From: Planctomycetota bacterium
GTDB taxonomy: Bacteria > Planctomycetota > PLA2
DNA length: 64,000 nt
Reading direction: 5' to 3'
NCBI GenBank assembly: GCA_021776785.1
Contig: JAJFFF010000043.1
Location: 4,196 to 68,195 of the forward strand
Shown here: one piece after another, positions 37,976 through 48,054 of the stretch
Layout: every line of letters begins with the position of its first letter
Position numbering within the stretch: the stretch's first letter is position 1
The notes under the pieces: generated by a model
Database searches by the model: none
What the model saw: only the letters and a program-made list of their open reading frames with translations
Told to the model about the DNA's origin: nothing
Translations under genes and position numbers: made by a program

Positions 37976-39093
37976 CGCGGGCCGGGCGTCGGCATCTCGA
38001 CGGAAACTTCTCGCGTTTGCCCGACGACGATCAACGAGGACTGTCCCCATTCCCGTGGGGCCCGTTCGCCTGTGTAGTGACACCGCATGCGCCACACGGC
38101 GACGCCGGGAGGGAGCGTCGTTTGGACCGTCGTGTTGGCGGCGGGCGGTGCCCTGCGGATGGCGCGCCACGTCCCATCCCGGAGTTGCACTTCCAACCGA
38201 AACAGACGGATGTTTACCTCGGTTTTTTTCTTCGGAAACCGGAACAAGAGCTCGCCGGCGGGTTCCATCTCGATGACGACGTCGGTCGTCGCGCCGGATG
38301 CAACGACGACGGTCTGCTCTCCATACCAACCGGGGCGCGAAACCGTCATCGGTATCGTCAGTCCGGCGGCGACGTCGTGGATCGTGAACTCATAGCTGTC
38401 GGCGCGACGGAGCTCATGCGAGCTCCCGACGAAGGCCCGTTTTCCACCCGACTGAAAGGAGCCGCGAACCGAGTTCGGCAACCGAAGCAGCAGTGTGCCG
38501 GGGCGATTCATGGGCGCATGGGCTGCAAAACGAACGCGCGCGTGAATCGCTCCGGACGGCGCAACGAACACGAGCAGAGGCCGGTCCGGTATGGCATTTC
38601 CATCGACGATGGTGGCGGAGTAGCCGCCGCCGACCGATCGGATCAAAAGCACATGGCGTGTCGGCGGGAGGTTTCGGATCTCCGCGCCGCCTTCGCGAAT
38701 CACGATCGTTGGCGATGGGTTCGAGCCGGTGGAGGCGGCGGACGTATCCCGGGCCGTGGACGACCCGTCATCGAGAGGCCACACGGAGACATCGTGCGGC
38801 CGGATCGGAAGGCGCGTGCGCAGATCCAGCGTCTCGACCTGGAGGGTCCGCTCCCTTTCTTGTTTCGGATCCTTGGCGTCGCCATGGGCGTCGTCTGCTG
38901 GCTGTGTTTCTTGCGTCCGCACCGCAGGACGCGCGTCACCACGGTCGCGTTCGTTTGGTTTAGATTCGTTGGGTTTTCGCGCCGCCGCCGCGCGTCGATC
39001 CACACGTTCCGAAAGGAGCGCTATCAAAAAAACGAGCGACATGACGAATCCAGCGATCGTCGCTTTGAGGCGCATGCGGCTCATCTTCTTCAC
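37972..39093 (-). CDS. Hypothetical membrane-anchored protein
   Basis: N-terminal TM (ATIAGFVMSLVFLIALL), a charged linker, then a beta-rich domain. 373 aa. Overlaps the methyltransferase stop by 4 nt (convergent). Confidence 0.5.
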   Translation of the reverse strand: MKKMSRMRLKATIAGFVMSLVFLIALLSERVDRRAAAARKPNESKPNERDRGDARPAVRTQETQPADDAHGDAKDPKQERERTLQVETLDLRTRLPIRPHDVSVWPLDDGSSTARDTSAASTGSNPSPTIVIREGGAEIRNLPPTRHVLLIRSVGGGYSATIVDGNAIPDRPLLVFVAPSGAIHARVRFAAHAPMNRPGTLLLRLPNSVRGSFQSGGKRAFVGSSHELRRADSYEFTIHDVAAGLTIPMTVSRPGWYGEQTVVVASGATTDVVIEMEPAGELLFRFPKKKTEVNIRLFRLEVQLRDGTWRAIRRAPPAANTTVQTTLPPGVAVWRMRCHYTGERAPREWGQSSLIVVGQTREVSVEMPTPGPR

Positions 39094-39113
39094 TCCGTGC
39101 TGCGGCGCGAGGG

Positions 39114-39971
39114 CTATGGCGAAAACACCGAGTGGAACTCGAAGACGGCTTCCATCGAGATCATGAACACGGTGGTCGAGCTAAACACGACGATCCAGGT
39201 GGCCCACCGCGGGAGGCGCAATCGCCCGGCGACGGCTTGGGTTGCGAAAAACAACGTTTGGACGCCGAGGAGTTCTGGGACGGCGGTCCAGAACAGATAT
39301 TCGTGCAGCAAAGCGCTGTAGGTGAACCCGGCGATGAGACCGCGATTGGGGTGGCGCGCTCCGCCGATGGGTCGATAGATGTTGTCTTTGAGCCACAGGT
39401 GCACCATCAAATCGAACCGCGCCCAAAAATCGAGCACGCTGCGGGCGCGCAAAACGTGGCGGAAAAACCCATCGACTTTCCAGCCGCCGATTGCCATCAC
39501 GCCGACGATGAGATCGCTCGCTCCGCCGATGCAAAAAAAGATCTCCCACACTTTGAGGCAGTGGCTCAAAAACCACGCGCGGTGGTCGAGATCGAAGTGG
39601 GCGCCGAGATAGATCAACGCGAGACCGATCCCAAACCGCGGGGCGGCGCGCCACAGTTCGGGAACGACGGTCGGGCCGTCATGTCGTCGGAACGCGCGCG
39701 GCCACGTCAGCGTGTTGGGCCACACAAAAAAAAGCAGGTAACGACGAACCGTGAACGCGGGCCGCCGGCGCAAGAGATCCACGCTCTTGGCGCAGATCGT
39801 CGCGGCGAAGACGGCCAGTCCCCAGCGCGGCAACTTTGCGAGTTCGTCGAGCTGGAGTGGCGCCGCCAACGCGCATGCCCAGAGCGGAAGGCCGAACGCC
39901 CAGTGCGCGCGTCGGCGCACCAGAAAAAACGTCCCGGCGATCGGGACCAGGAGGAGCAGCGTGGCGATCAT
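39114..39971 (-). CDS. MBOAT-family membrane-bound O-acyltransferase (short form)
   Basis: Motif FWARFDLMVHLWLKDNIYRPIGG resembles the AlgI/DltB MBOAT signature (FWRRWHISL..WFRDYLYIPLGG) with the conserved His. Multiple TM helices. The start ATG overlaps the upstream gene's stop (ATGA at 39968-39971). Confidence 0.55.
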   Translation of the reverse strand: MIATLLLLVPIAGTFFLVRRRAHWAFGLPLWACALAAPLQLDELAKLPRWGLAVFAATICAKSVDLLRRRPAFTVRRYLLFFVWPNTLTWPRAFRRHDGPTVVPELWRAAPRFGIGLALIYLGAHFDLDHRAWFLSHCLKVWEIFFCIGGASDLIVGVMAIGGWKVDGFFRHVLRARSVLDFWARFDLMVHLWLKDNIYRPIGGARHPNRGLIAGFTYSALLHEYLFWTAVPELLGVQTLFFATQAVAGRLRLPRWATWIVVFSSTTVFMISMEAVFEFHSVFSP

Positions 39972-42900
39972 CGCGGCAACGACAATACATCCCCGGCGTC
40001 ATCGCCGTCGGCCGCGTACCCGCCCACGTGGTAGACGTGGTCGCGATAGTTCAAAACGTCGATGAGCGCGAGCGTCTGCACGGCGCGCAACGTGACGATC
40101 TGTTCGCTGATGCGTTCCGGGTGACGCATCAGGTCCGCAAGGACAGCCCGGCCCTCCGTCACGGCCTGTTCACCGCACTGATTCCAGTACCGCAAAGCGT
40201 CAGCCGCGCCTTCCACGTTGTGCGACGTCGCGCGCCACGCGGCGCGGCGGGCGTCGGCGTCGTCCACGCCATGCTGCTTCCAGTAGCGCCCGAACTGACG
40301 TCGCCGGCGCCAGCGCGGCCGCCACGAAAACGGTGCGAGTTCGCCCGCGGCCGCGCGGCCAAACACTTCGTCGAGGATTTCGCGTGCGCTGAGCAAGCTG
40401 CGCAGCCCGCGCATGTCGGCCACGTACGCGCACGCCGCCGCGCGCACGCGTTCGCGGTCGTAGCCGCTGTCCTTGAGGATGCGACTGAGGCGGGCCATGT
40501 CGCGCGCGATGCGCTGGCGCTCGGTTTCGAGCTCCCGCTCGAGCTCCGCATCGCCGCCCAGGAACCGGATGTCATCTTGGACGTCTGCGGTTTCGAGACC
40601 GCTTGTTTCGGTGCCCGGGAGGCGCACGCCGCAGTACTCAGGATCGAAGCGTGCACGCATCTTGGTCGCCAGAAGCGCGACGGGACCGCGCATCCGATGA
40701 ATCTTGCGGAGTGCGGTGTAGTAGTCCGCGCCTTCGACGGCATCGAGGTCCACATTGAAGCTCGGCCGACGGATCTCGCCCATGCACCGAATGAGCCACT
40801 TCACGAAACGCACGATGTAGAGCACCACCGCGCGCACGGCGTAGAGCGGAATGAACAGGGCGCGACCATGGGCGAGCCACCGCGAGTAGGCGCGGTACAG
40901 GTTGAGCACGCGTTCTTCGCGCGGGAGTTTATGTAACGGATACGTGCCGAACGTCCGGCGCAATAGATGTCGGCGGTCGCGCTGCATGCGGGCAAGCAAG
41001 TCCGCGCCGAAGCGCAGCCGAATCGTGGCGTCGCGCTGCTCGTCGTCGTCGAGGAAGTGAAGTGCTGTGAACTGGGTAGTGACGTAGACCGTCTGTTCGT
41101 TGGGAATCTCCGGCTCGCCCTCCGCGCGCACCCAGTGTTGGTATTTTTCCATCTCGTCGGGTGTGGAAGCGGCGTGTTGGGAGCGCGGCAGCGCGTTTCT
41201 GTTGTAGTCCACAACGAGGCGCGCCACGCCGTGGGCGATGGATTGACAACCCAGCGCAAACCAGAGGTACGGACCGCGGAGAAACGACTTCTGACGATCC
41301 AAGTCGAGTTTCATCAGCTCCTTGCGGTCTTTCTTTGTGAATCGGTTCGCCATCTTGCGCAGATTGCGGATCGCGAGGTTGCCGAGGAGCTGCGATGTCG
41401 TGCGCGTGTCCGACGAAACAAAAAGCGCGCCGTCGATGCCGTCGCGATACAGCAACACGGTCGTTTCCATCGGGCTAAAGACCCACTCCTTCGCGTCACC
41501 GGCCTGCGCCTCGATGAGCCAGTCCGTCACGCCTTGGACGAAACGTTCCTCGACGTCCTCTTCGATGTGCCCGTGCACGATGCGTTCCGGCCCAAGGACG
41601 CGCCCCTCCATAATGGCAGCGTCGCGCGCGAGGTGGCGTCCCTTGATGGCTTCGGTGAGCGATAGGAACTGTGCTTGCGCGGATTTCTCCAAGAACTCTG
41701 TCGCTTGTCCCGCGATGCGGCGCAGCCACCACCCGAATGCCAGCACAACAATGCAAATTCCGCCGAGGATCTCAATGAAGCTTGTCAGCGAATCGCCGAG
41801 CTTGTCTGCCCATGCCGCGTCGCCGATGAGAGTTCGCACGATGAAAATGAACAGCCCGAACAGGACCAGGCGATACGCCGGCCGGAACGAAGCCTTGATC
41901 ATCGTACGCCCGACGCGGTCCACGAACTGCGCCGGCGTGATGATGCCGTAGAGATCCGCGAACCAGAGCCAGCGTTGGTGCTGGCGCCTTAGTTCCGAAG
42001 CCGACGTTTGGGCGGCCGCGGCCACAACGTCGCCGTCCGTCATCTTCTTGTGCACCGACGGCACGTAGGAGCGCACAAACGGGAGCCAGCGCAGCATGGG
42101 CGACGCGAACAGGCGCACCGCGCGCGCGACACGCGTGACGAAGTCTGCCCCCATCTCGGCTTCGATCTCTTCCGGCGTCACCTTGGACAAGAGATCGAGC
42201 GCCTCTTCGGCGGAGCGATCCCGCGCGATACCGGATTCGGCCGGACGCTGCGTGTGGCGGAGCGGTTTTGTGTCCTTAGAAACTGCCGTCGCCAGGCGTT
42301 GCACGCGCAGCTGCGCAATCGACTCGCGCGTCTCGTCGGGCGCGGACAGGATCAACCGGCGCCAGCGGCGATTGAGGCGCGCTTGGATGCGGTGGACCTG
42401 GACCCCTAACCCCTCGTGGCGCTGGGCCATTTGGTTGCGCTCGGCGCGCGTCGGGTACAGCACGATGTTGCGGTTGAGCACTTCGCCGTACTTGCGGACG
42501 AGGCGGTCGATGCCGCGGCTCAAGAAGCCGAACGCGCGCGCGAAGCGGGCGATGCGCAGCAACCGGACGGCGCGGACGATGCGAATCTTATCCGCGCGCC
42601 GTGCGGCGACGCCGCCGCTTCCGACGGCTAGGTGGAAAAACAGCGCGAAGGGAATCGACGGCACAATGTCCACGAGAAGGTGCCGCCAAAACCACCGCCA
42701 TCGCCCGCGCACGAACACGAGCTTCACGACGATCTCAAAGAGAAAGAACGCGCAGGCGGCGGTGTCGAGGGCCACGAGCCACGTGGGGGGCGGGAGGGCA
42801 GCGCCGGTTTCGGGGTCTAGATCGTTAAGGAAAAACACCTCGACGGCGAGCAGTCCTAAGACGAGCACGATCAACCACAGGATGATCTGGTCGAACTTCG

Positions 42901-43672
42901 CGACGCGTTCGGCGCCGAACCGGAGTTCGAGCCGGTGTTGGAGGTCGCGCTCTTGGAGTTCGGCGGTAAGGCGGCGAATGCGGCGGCGCAAGCGCTTCCG
43001 GCGCCACGATTTATGGGCTTCGACAAACGTTGTGTGCCACGACACGTCGCGCATGACAAGGCGCAAGCGCGCGACGGCTTGGTCGGGATCGACGCCGTCC
43101 ACCGACGCGAGCACGGCGTCCGCGCGATCGAGCAGTTGCGTGGCCCAGTCGTCGCGCGTGTCTTCGCTCGGCGGGTGGGACTCGATCGCGGCGAGCATGG
43201 CGTTGCGCAATTCGGGGCGCACTTCGGCGAGCGGTGACGCGCCCCGCTGCCGCGCGAGAGCTTCGAGGTCGAACTCACGGGCGGACACGATGGCGCGAAA
43301 GCATGCGCGCGGGTCGTTGCGGTCGAGTGGCGCGAGCACTTGCGCGCGCCACGCGTCCGCGATGTCTTGGACGAGCTGATCGACGAGTTCCGTGGACGCT
43401 TGCGCGGCCTGGGGAAGCTTCATGTCGAGGGTTAGGTCGCGCCAACTCGCGAGGTCGGCGAGGATTGGATGGCCGCGGTCGTCGGACAGGTCCGTGCCGA
43501 GCGCGACGAGCGCTCCAATCGTCGCCGTGACATCCGCTTCCGCTGTCGCAAGGTGCTCCGCTTCCGCGAGCGGCTCGGGTTCGGTCGCGCCAAGATGGTC
43601 GTCGATGCGGCGTTCGAGTTCGCGGAAAAGCTCGTCCGCGGCGGAAGGGTCAGCCATCGCCGTCGCCGCCAC
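39968..43672 (-). CDS. Large (1234-aa) membrane protein containing a voltage-sensor-like S1-S4 module and a possible pore-like TM pair
   Basis: S1 (LWLIVLVLGLLAVEVFF), S2 (WLVALDTAACAFFLFEIVVKLVFV), S3 (HLLVDIVPSIPFALFFHLAV) and an S4-like segment with Arg at every third position (RIVRAVRLLRIARFARAFGFL). About 200 aa later a TM pair flanks RTLIGDAAWADKLGDSL. Long soluble N- and C-terminal regions. The M6 start (43657) is an alternative. Confidence 0.6.
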   Translation of the reverse strand: MAATAMADPSAADELFRELERRIDDHLGATEPEPLAEAEHLATAEADVTATIGALVALGTDLSDDRGHPILADLASWRDLTLDMKLPQAAQASTELVDQLVQDIADAWRAQVLAPLDRNDPRACFRAIVSAREFDLEALARQRGASPLAEVRPELRNAMLAAIESHPPSEDTRDDWATQLLDRADAVLASVDGVDPDQAVARLRLVMRDVSWHTTFVEAHKSWRRKRLRRRIRRLTAELQERDLQHRLELRFGAERVAKFDQIILWLIVLVLGLLAVEVFFLNDLDPETGAALPPPTWLVALDTAACAFFLFEIVVKLVFVRGRWRWFWRHLLVDIVPSIPFALFFHLAVGSGGVAARRADKIRIVRAVRLLRIARFARAFGFLSRGIDRLVRKYGEVLNRNIVLYPTRAERNQMAQRHEGLGVQVHRIQARLNRRWRRLILSAPDETRESIAQLRVQRLATAVSKDTKPLRHTQRPAESGIARDRSAEEALDLLSKVTPEEIEAEMGADFVTRVARAVRLFASPMLRWLPFVRSYVPSVHKKMTDGDVVAAAAQTSASELRRQHQRWLWFADLYGIITPAQFVDRVGRTMIKASFRPAYRLVLFGLFIFIVRTLIGDAAWADKLGDSLTSFIEILGGICIVVLAFGWWLRRIAGQATEFLEKSAQAQFLSLTEAIKGRHLARDAAIMEGRVLGPERIVHGHIEEDVEERFVQGVTDWLIEAQAGDAKEWVFSPMETTVLLYRDGIDGALFVSSDTRTTSQLLGNLAIRNLRKMANRFTKKDRKELMKLDLDRQKSFLRGPYLWFALGCQSIAHGVARLVVDYNRNALPRSQHAASTPDEMEKYQHWVRAEGEPEIPNEQTVYVTTQFTALHFLDDDEQRDATIRLRFGADLLARMQRDRRHLLRRTFGTYPLHKLPREERVLNLYRAYSRWLAHGRALFIPLYAVRAVVLYIVRFVKWLIRCMGEIRRPSFNVDLDAVEGADYYTALRKIHRMRGPVALLATKMRARFDPEYCGVRLPGTETSGLETADVQDDIRFLGGDAELERELETERQRIARDMARLSRILKDSGYDRERVRAAACAYVADMRGLRSLLSAREILDEVFGRAAAGELAPFSWRPRWRRRRQFGRYWKQHGVDDADARRAAWRATSHNVEGAADALRYWNQCGEQAVTEGRAVLADLMRHPERISEQIVTLRAVQTLALIDVLNYRDHVYHVGGYAADGDDAGDVLSLPR

Positions 43673-45350
43673 TCCCCTCCGCGTCGTCAGGCCGCGTTCC
43701 GATCACTACCGGCGGCGGCACATCGCGCCCCGTAAACTCGTCGACGATGGCGCGCGCCACTTGGCGTCCGCCGCGGTGCGCTGCCGGCATGGAGTCGTAC
43801 TCTTGGTGCTCCGGCATCTCGCTTTGCACAACATGCAGTGTCTGCGTCGGAAACGCGAACTCGATGCCGAGTTTGTTCGCCAGGCGCAAGATGTCGAGCA
43901 TCAGGCGCTGGCGCTCGCGCAGCTCTGTTGACCAGTCGCCGCAGTTGAAAAACAGATACATCAAGATGTTGAGCGACGACTCTCCAAAGCTATGGAAATA
44001 GACGTGGTAGTAGTCTTTGCGTGTGTACGGATGCAGCCGGATGAGCTCGCGAATGCCCTCCGTGAATGCCGCGACTTTTTGCGGCGGCGTGTCGTACGCG
44101 ATACCGAGTGACTCCTTGCAGCGGCGGTACTTGCGCGCCCCGAGGTTGTCGACCGATGTGCGAATGAGCATCGCGTTGGGAAACGTGATGAGTGAGTTGT
44201 AAAACGTGCGCACGCGCGTCGATCGGAAGCCGACTTCTTCGACCGCTCCTTCGATGCCGCCCGTCTTGATCCAGTCGCCCACCTGAAACGGTTGGTCCGT
44301 GAGAATGCCGACCGCTCCAAAAAAGTTCTCGACCGTGTCCTTGCTCGCCATCGCGATCGCCAAGCCACCGATGCCGAGGCCGGCCAGCAACGCGCTGATG
44401 TTCATGCCGAGGTTATCGGCGATCCACACGAGGCCGAGCACGACGATGAACACTTTGAGCGCGCGCCGCAACATCGGGACGAGCAAGTCGTCAACGCGGT
44501 TGTCCGACCGCTTCGCGAATCCGGCAAAAATATCGCTGGCCCAATCGACGATGCGCGAAAGCGACCAGATCACCGCGACCATCAAGACCAGCCGTGCCGC
44601 GAAGTTTAGGATCTCGTACGTCGTGTCGGACAGGTCGAGGAACGGAATGCCGGCGAGCCAAACCGCGGCCGTCGCGAAGAGCGCGAACGGGCGCCCTGAT
44701 TTTCGATTCGGATGGAACTCGACGTCGCGACGCTCCGCAATCTCGCGTTTCATCGAGCCGATGACAAGCCGCGCGATGAGGCCGGCCATCAGGCCGAGGA
44801 TCGTGATCAATAAGATCCCGAGCCACTGCCAGTTTTGCAAGACGAACGGTTTGGCGAGCATCCACGCGGGGAGGCGCGGCCGCAGCCAACTCGAAAAGCT
44901 GTTCGGCTCTGGCTCCACGCGTTGCTTGTCGCTCGAGACGGCCGCGAAGTAGTCGCTTACGTTTTCGCGCGTGCGCTTCGTAAACACCCAGCCGTTCTCG
45001 CTGAGAACGCACTCGAGCGTGCCTTGCTCTGTGGGGTGAAGATAGATCGCGCCGGTAAACGTCGCGTCCGGAACGTCGGATAGGTCGAGTCGCTTCGTGA
45101 GTCGATCGAGGTAGCCGACGAGATACGCGCCTGCCTTTTGGCCCGCTTGGTGGCGGCGCGCTTCGGGGAGGTCGCTGAGGTCGAAGAGACTCGCGAGTTG
45201 GTCCGGCGTGGCGCTGTGGCGGGCGTCCGCGACCGCCAGGGCCCTCTCGAACAGTGCGCGCGGGCCCTCGTTCGTGGATTGCGCGGCCAAAACGGCCGTC
45301 AGCAATGTGATCCCGATCCCAATCCGCCATGCGCCCAAGTTACGAAGCAT
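43650..45350 (-). CDS. MscS-family mechanosensitive ion channel with N-terminal periplasmic domain
   Basis: Signal/anchor segment, then TM helices and the MscS pore/beta-domain signature (IGGLAIAMASKDTVENFFGAVGILTDQPFQVGDWIKTGGIEGAVEEVGFRSTRVRTFYNSLITFPNAMLIRTSVDN). 566 aa. Confidence 0.85.
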   Translation of the reverse strand: MLRNLGAWRIGIGITLLTAVLAAQSTNEGPRALFERALAVADARHSATPDQLASLFDLSDLPEARRHQAGQKAGAYLVGYLDRLTKRLDLSDVPDATFTGAIYLHPTEQGTLECVLSENGWVFTKRTRENVSDYFAAVSSDKQRVEPEPNSFSSWLRPRLPAWMLAKPFVLQNWQWLGILLITILGLMAGLIARLVIGSMKREIAERRDVEFHPNRKSGRPFALFATAAVWLAGIPFLDLSDTTYEILNFAARLVLMVAVIWSLSRIVDWASDIFAGFAKRSDNRVDDLLVPMLRRALKVFIVVLGLVWIADNLGMNISALLAGLGIGGLAIAMASKDTVENFFGAVGILTDQPFQVGDWIKTGGIEGAVEEVGFRSTRVRTFYNSLITFPNAMLIRTSVDNLGARKYRRCKESLGIAYDTPPQKVAAFTEGIRELIRLHPYTRKDYYHVYFHSFGESSLNILMYLFFNCGDWSTELRERQRLMLDILRLANKLGIEFAFPTQTLHVVQSEMPEHQEYDSMPAAHRGGRQVARAIVDEFTGRDVPPPVVIGTRPDDAEGSGGDGDG

Positions 45351-45397
45351 GGCGGAATCTTACGGGATGGGGAGGCCAGTTCGACCGATTCGCAACG

Positions 45398-45943
45398 TTA
45401 GCGCAACGCGGCAGCGATTTCGTCGGCGGCGCGTTCCGGCGTCGTGTTCACGACACGGACGTCAAATTCGTCGGCGCGTTCCATTTCGGCGCGCGCCACA
45501 GCGAGTCGACGCGCGACGGTTGCGTCGTCGTCGGTGCCGCGGCTGCGCAAACGCGCTTCGAGTTCTTCCAGGGACGGCGGCAGGAGGAACACGGTTATGC
45601 AAGGCAACGACCCGGCGCGAATCGACGCCGCACCTTGCACGTCGATGTTGAGGAGTGCGTGGCGCCCGGCAGCGAGGATTTGCTCGGCTTGCGAGCGCGG
45701 CGAGCCGTACCGCTGTCCGTACACATCGGCCCACTCCAAGAAGCGCCCTTCATCGATCCAGGTTTGAAACACAGCCTCGGTGAGGAAGAAGTAGTCCTCG
45801 CCGTGACGTTCCTGACCGCGGGCGGCGCGAGTCGTTGCCGTCACGACGCGCTCGAACTCCCGACGCCTTAGAAGCTGCGTGCACACGGTCGTTTTTCCGA
45901 CGCCCGACGGGCCCGAGACGACGGCCAAGCGCGGCTGGCTCAT
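45398..45943 (-). CDS. gmk: Guanylate kinase
   Basis: Start at ATG 45943 (MSQPRLAVVSGPSGVGKTT, the P-loop), overlapping the yicC stop (ATGA). TTR...REGE-like motifs (VTATTRAARGQERHGEDYFF). Confidence 0.9.
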   Translation of the reverse strand: MSQPRLAVVSGPSGVGKTTVCTQLLRRREFERVVTATTRAARGQERHGEDYFFLTEAVFQTWIDEGRFLEWADVYGQRYGSPRSQAEQILAAGRHALLNIDVQGAASIRAGSLPCITVFLLPPSLEELEARLRSRGTDDDATVARRLAVARAEMERADEFDVRVVNTTPERAADEIAAALR

Positions 45944-46821
45944 TCCAGGTTGGCGACCTGCTCTTTGAGCCGATCGATGTCGGACTTGAGCTCGATGACG
46001 CGGCGGGCGATCTCGACGTCGCCGCTCTTCGAGCCGATCGTGTTGGTTTCGCGCAGGAGTTCTTGGCACAAGAAGTCGAGTGTGCGCCCGATTTCTTCGT
46101 CCAACGCCAAGTAGCGGTCGAATTCGTCGAAGTGCGCGGCTAAGCGCGTCAGTTCTTCGGTGATGTCGCAGCGGTCCGCGTAGACCGCCACCTCGCGGGC
46201 GAGCGTCGCGTCGTCGAGATGCGCGCCGCTGCCGTCGAGCAGTTGCGCCACGCGCTCACGCAGTCGATCGCGATACTCGGTGACGACGTGCGGCGCGCGC
46301 TTGCGAATACCGGCTAGCGTCTTGCGCATCCGCTTCAAGATGACGCGCAGGTCCTTGATCAGGTGCGTTGCTTCGCGACCGCGCATTTCCTCAAGCGCAT
46401 CGAGGGCCGCGGTCACGGTGTTGCGCACAACTTTTAGATCGGCGGGACGCAGCGGCTCGGACGCGCCGGACTCTACGACGCCGGGCAGCGCGGCCAGCGC
46501 GGCGGCGGTCAATTTCGGCTCGACCAGTCCCTCTTTCGCCAGCGCGGCGATCGCGTTGGCAAACCCACGGACGATCTCGGGCTTGATGCGGAGAAGATCG
46601 TCGGCTTTGAGGAACGAGAGACGAACAAAGCAGGTGAGGGATCCACGGCGCACGCGCTTGCGGATCCAGCTCTCGATCTCCGACTCGCGCGCATTGAGCA
46701 CCGACGGGGTGCGCAACGAGATCTTCAGCGAGCGCGAGTTAACCGTCCGGATCTCGCACTCTACGTGGATGCGGCTGCCAGCAACGCTCGCCGCACCGTA
46801 GCCCGTCATGCTTCGGGGCAT
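45940..46821 (-). CDS. yicC: YicC-family stress-induced protein
   Basis: N-terminal MPRSMTGYG, typical of YicC (SMTGFG). C-terminal DUF1732-like region. Conserved position upstream of gmk. Confidence 0.8.
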   Translation of the reverse strand: MPRSMTGYGAASVAGSRIHVECEIRTVNSRSLKISLRTPSVLNARESEIESWIRKRVRRGSLTCFVRLSFLKADDLLRIKPEIVRGFANAIAALAKEGLVEPKLTAAALAALPGVVESGASEPLRPADLKVVRNTVTAALDALEEMRGREATHLIKDLRVILKRMRKTLAGIRKRAPHVVTEYRDRLRERVAQLLDGSGAHLDDATLAREVAVYADRCDITEELTRLAAHFDEFDRYLALDEEIGRTLDFLCQELLRETNTIGSKSGDVEIARRVIELKSDIDRLKEQVANLE

Positions 46822-46830
46822 AGGTTCCGG

Positions 46831-47229
46831 CTAGTCTCCGTCGGTGCCGTCGCCGGAGCCGCCGGTCGAGTCGTTTTTGGCCGGTTCGTTCGAGGTGGCT
46901 CCGACCTTGGAATCGGGCCCGTCCCAGTCCATTTCCTTCTCGGCCTGGATGTCGGAAGCCGCGGGGGCTTCACCCTCCGGCCACGCGGCGTAAATCACCG
47001 CGAGCAGCATCCAGGTAAAGGCCAGCCACGCGGTGAATTTATTCACGCCGCCGGCCTGGACGCCAAACGTCTCTTGGCCCGCGCCGCCGAACGCCGCCGA
47101 CAGGCCGCCGCCCTTGGGCTCCTGGAGTAACACCACCAGCATGAGCAGCAAGGCCAGGAGAATAAAAAAGACGAGCATCATGCCTTTGAGGAAGGCTTGG
47201 ACGCTGAAGGCTAAGAGCAAGAGTTCCAT
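46831..47229 (-). CDS. secG: Preprotein translocase subunit SecG
   Basis: Two TM helices with the LLQEPKGGGLSAAFGG signature between them (compare LLQSGKGGGL). Acidic/Gly-rich C-terminus. The start may be the internal MM at about 47181. Confidence 0.75.
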   Translation of the reverse strand: MELLLLAFSVQAFLKGMMLVFFILLALLLMLVVLLQEPKGGGLSAAFGGAGQETFGVQAGGVNKFTAWLAFTWMLLAVIYAAWPEGEAPAASDIQAEKEMDWDGPDSKVGATSNEPAKNDSTGGSGDGTDGD

Positions 47230-47301
47230 AGTGTCTGATCCGAACCGCGGATTGTACTACGGTCTCAACGGAGATTCCCCAATACGGAGCACCTCTCGAC
47301 T

Positions 47302-48054
47302 TCAGCTTGTCGCGGCGATGATTCCGGCGAAACTTGGGGCGGACAGGCTTGCCCCGCCGACCAGCGCGCCATTCACGTGGGGGACCCCTAAGAGCTCCCG
47401 CGCATTGGCCGGCTTCACGCTGCCGCCATACAGAATGCGGACGGTTTCGCCCGCCGCCGCCCACAGGTCCTGGAGCAGAGCTCGAATCTGCGCGTGCACT
47501 GCGCCGGCCTGCGCCGGAGTCGCCGTCAGCCCCGTTCCGATCGCCCAAACAGGCTCGTAGGCAACGGTGACTTCGCCCGTTTTGTCAGCACCGACGCCCG
47601 CCAGGCCCGCTCGCACCTGGCGTTCCACAACGGCCGCGGTCTGACCGGCCTCGCGCTCCGCCAAGGTCTCCCCGACGCAAAGGGTGGGCAAAATGTCATG
47701 ACCCAGCGCCGCGAGCACCTTCTGATTCACAAAGTCGTCGCTCTCGCCAAACAGTTGGCGGCGTTCGCTATGCCCGCAGAGCACCCGCGTGGCGCCCACA
47801 TCGAGGAGCATGCTCGGCGAGATCTCCCCCGTGAACGCGCCCTGATCTTGGGGATGCATGTTTTGGGCGCCCACGCTGATTTCGGAGTCCGAAACGGCAC
47901 CCAGCACGTCGCTGAGACAGGTAAAAGGCGGATAGAGAGCTACATCCGCCGCTTCCAAGGGGTCTGGAATCGAACGCACCAGAGCGGTGGCCAGCTCCCG
48001 CGCGGCCGAGCGAGTCATGTGCATCTTCCAGTTGCCAGCGATCAACGGCTTCAT
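47302..48054 (-). CDS. tpiA: Triosephosphate isomerase
   Basis: MKPLIAGNWKMH N-terminus, catalytic VLCGHSERR and AYEPVWAIGTG motifs. 250 aa. Confidence 0.95.
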   Translation of the reverse strand: MKPLIAGNWKMHMTRSAARELATALVRSIPDPLEAADVALYPPFTCLSDVLGAVSDSEISVGAQNMHPQDQGAFTGEISPSMLLDVGATRVLCGHSERRQLFGESDDFVNQKVLAALGHDILPTLCVGETLAEREAGQTAAVVERQVRAGLAGVGADKTGEVTVAYEPVWAIGTGLTATPAQAGAVHAQIRALLQDLWAAAGETVRILYGGSVKPANARELLGVPHVNGALVGGASLSAPSFAGIIAATS

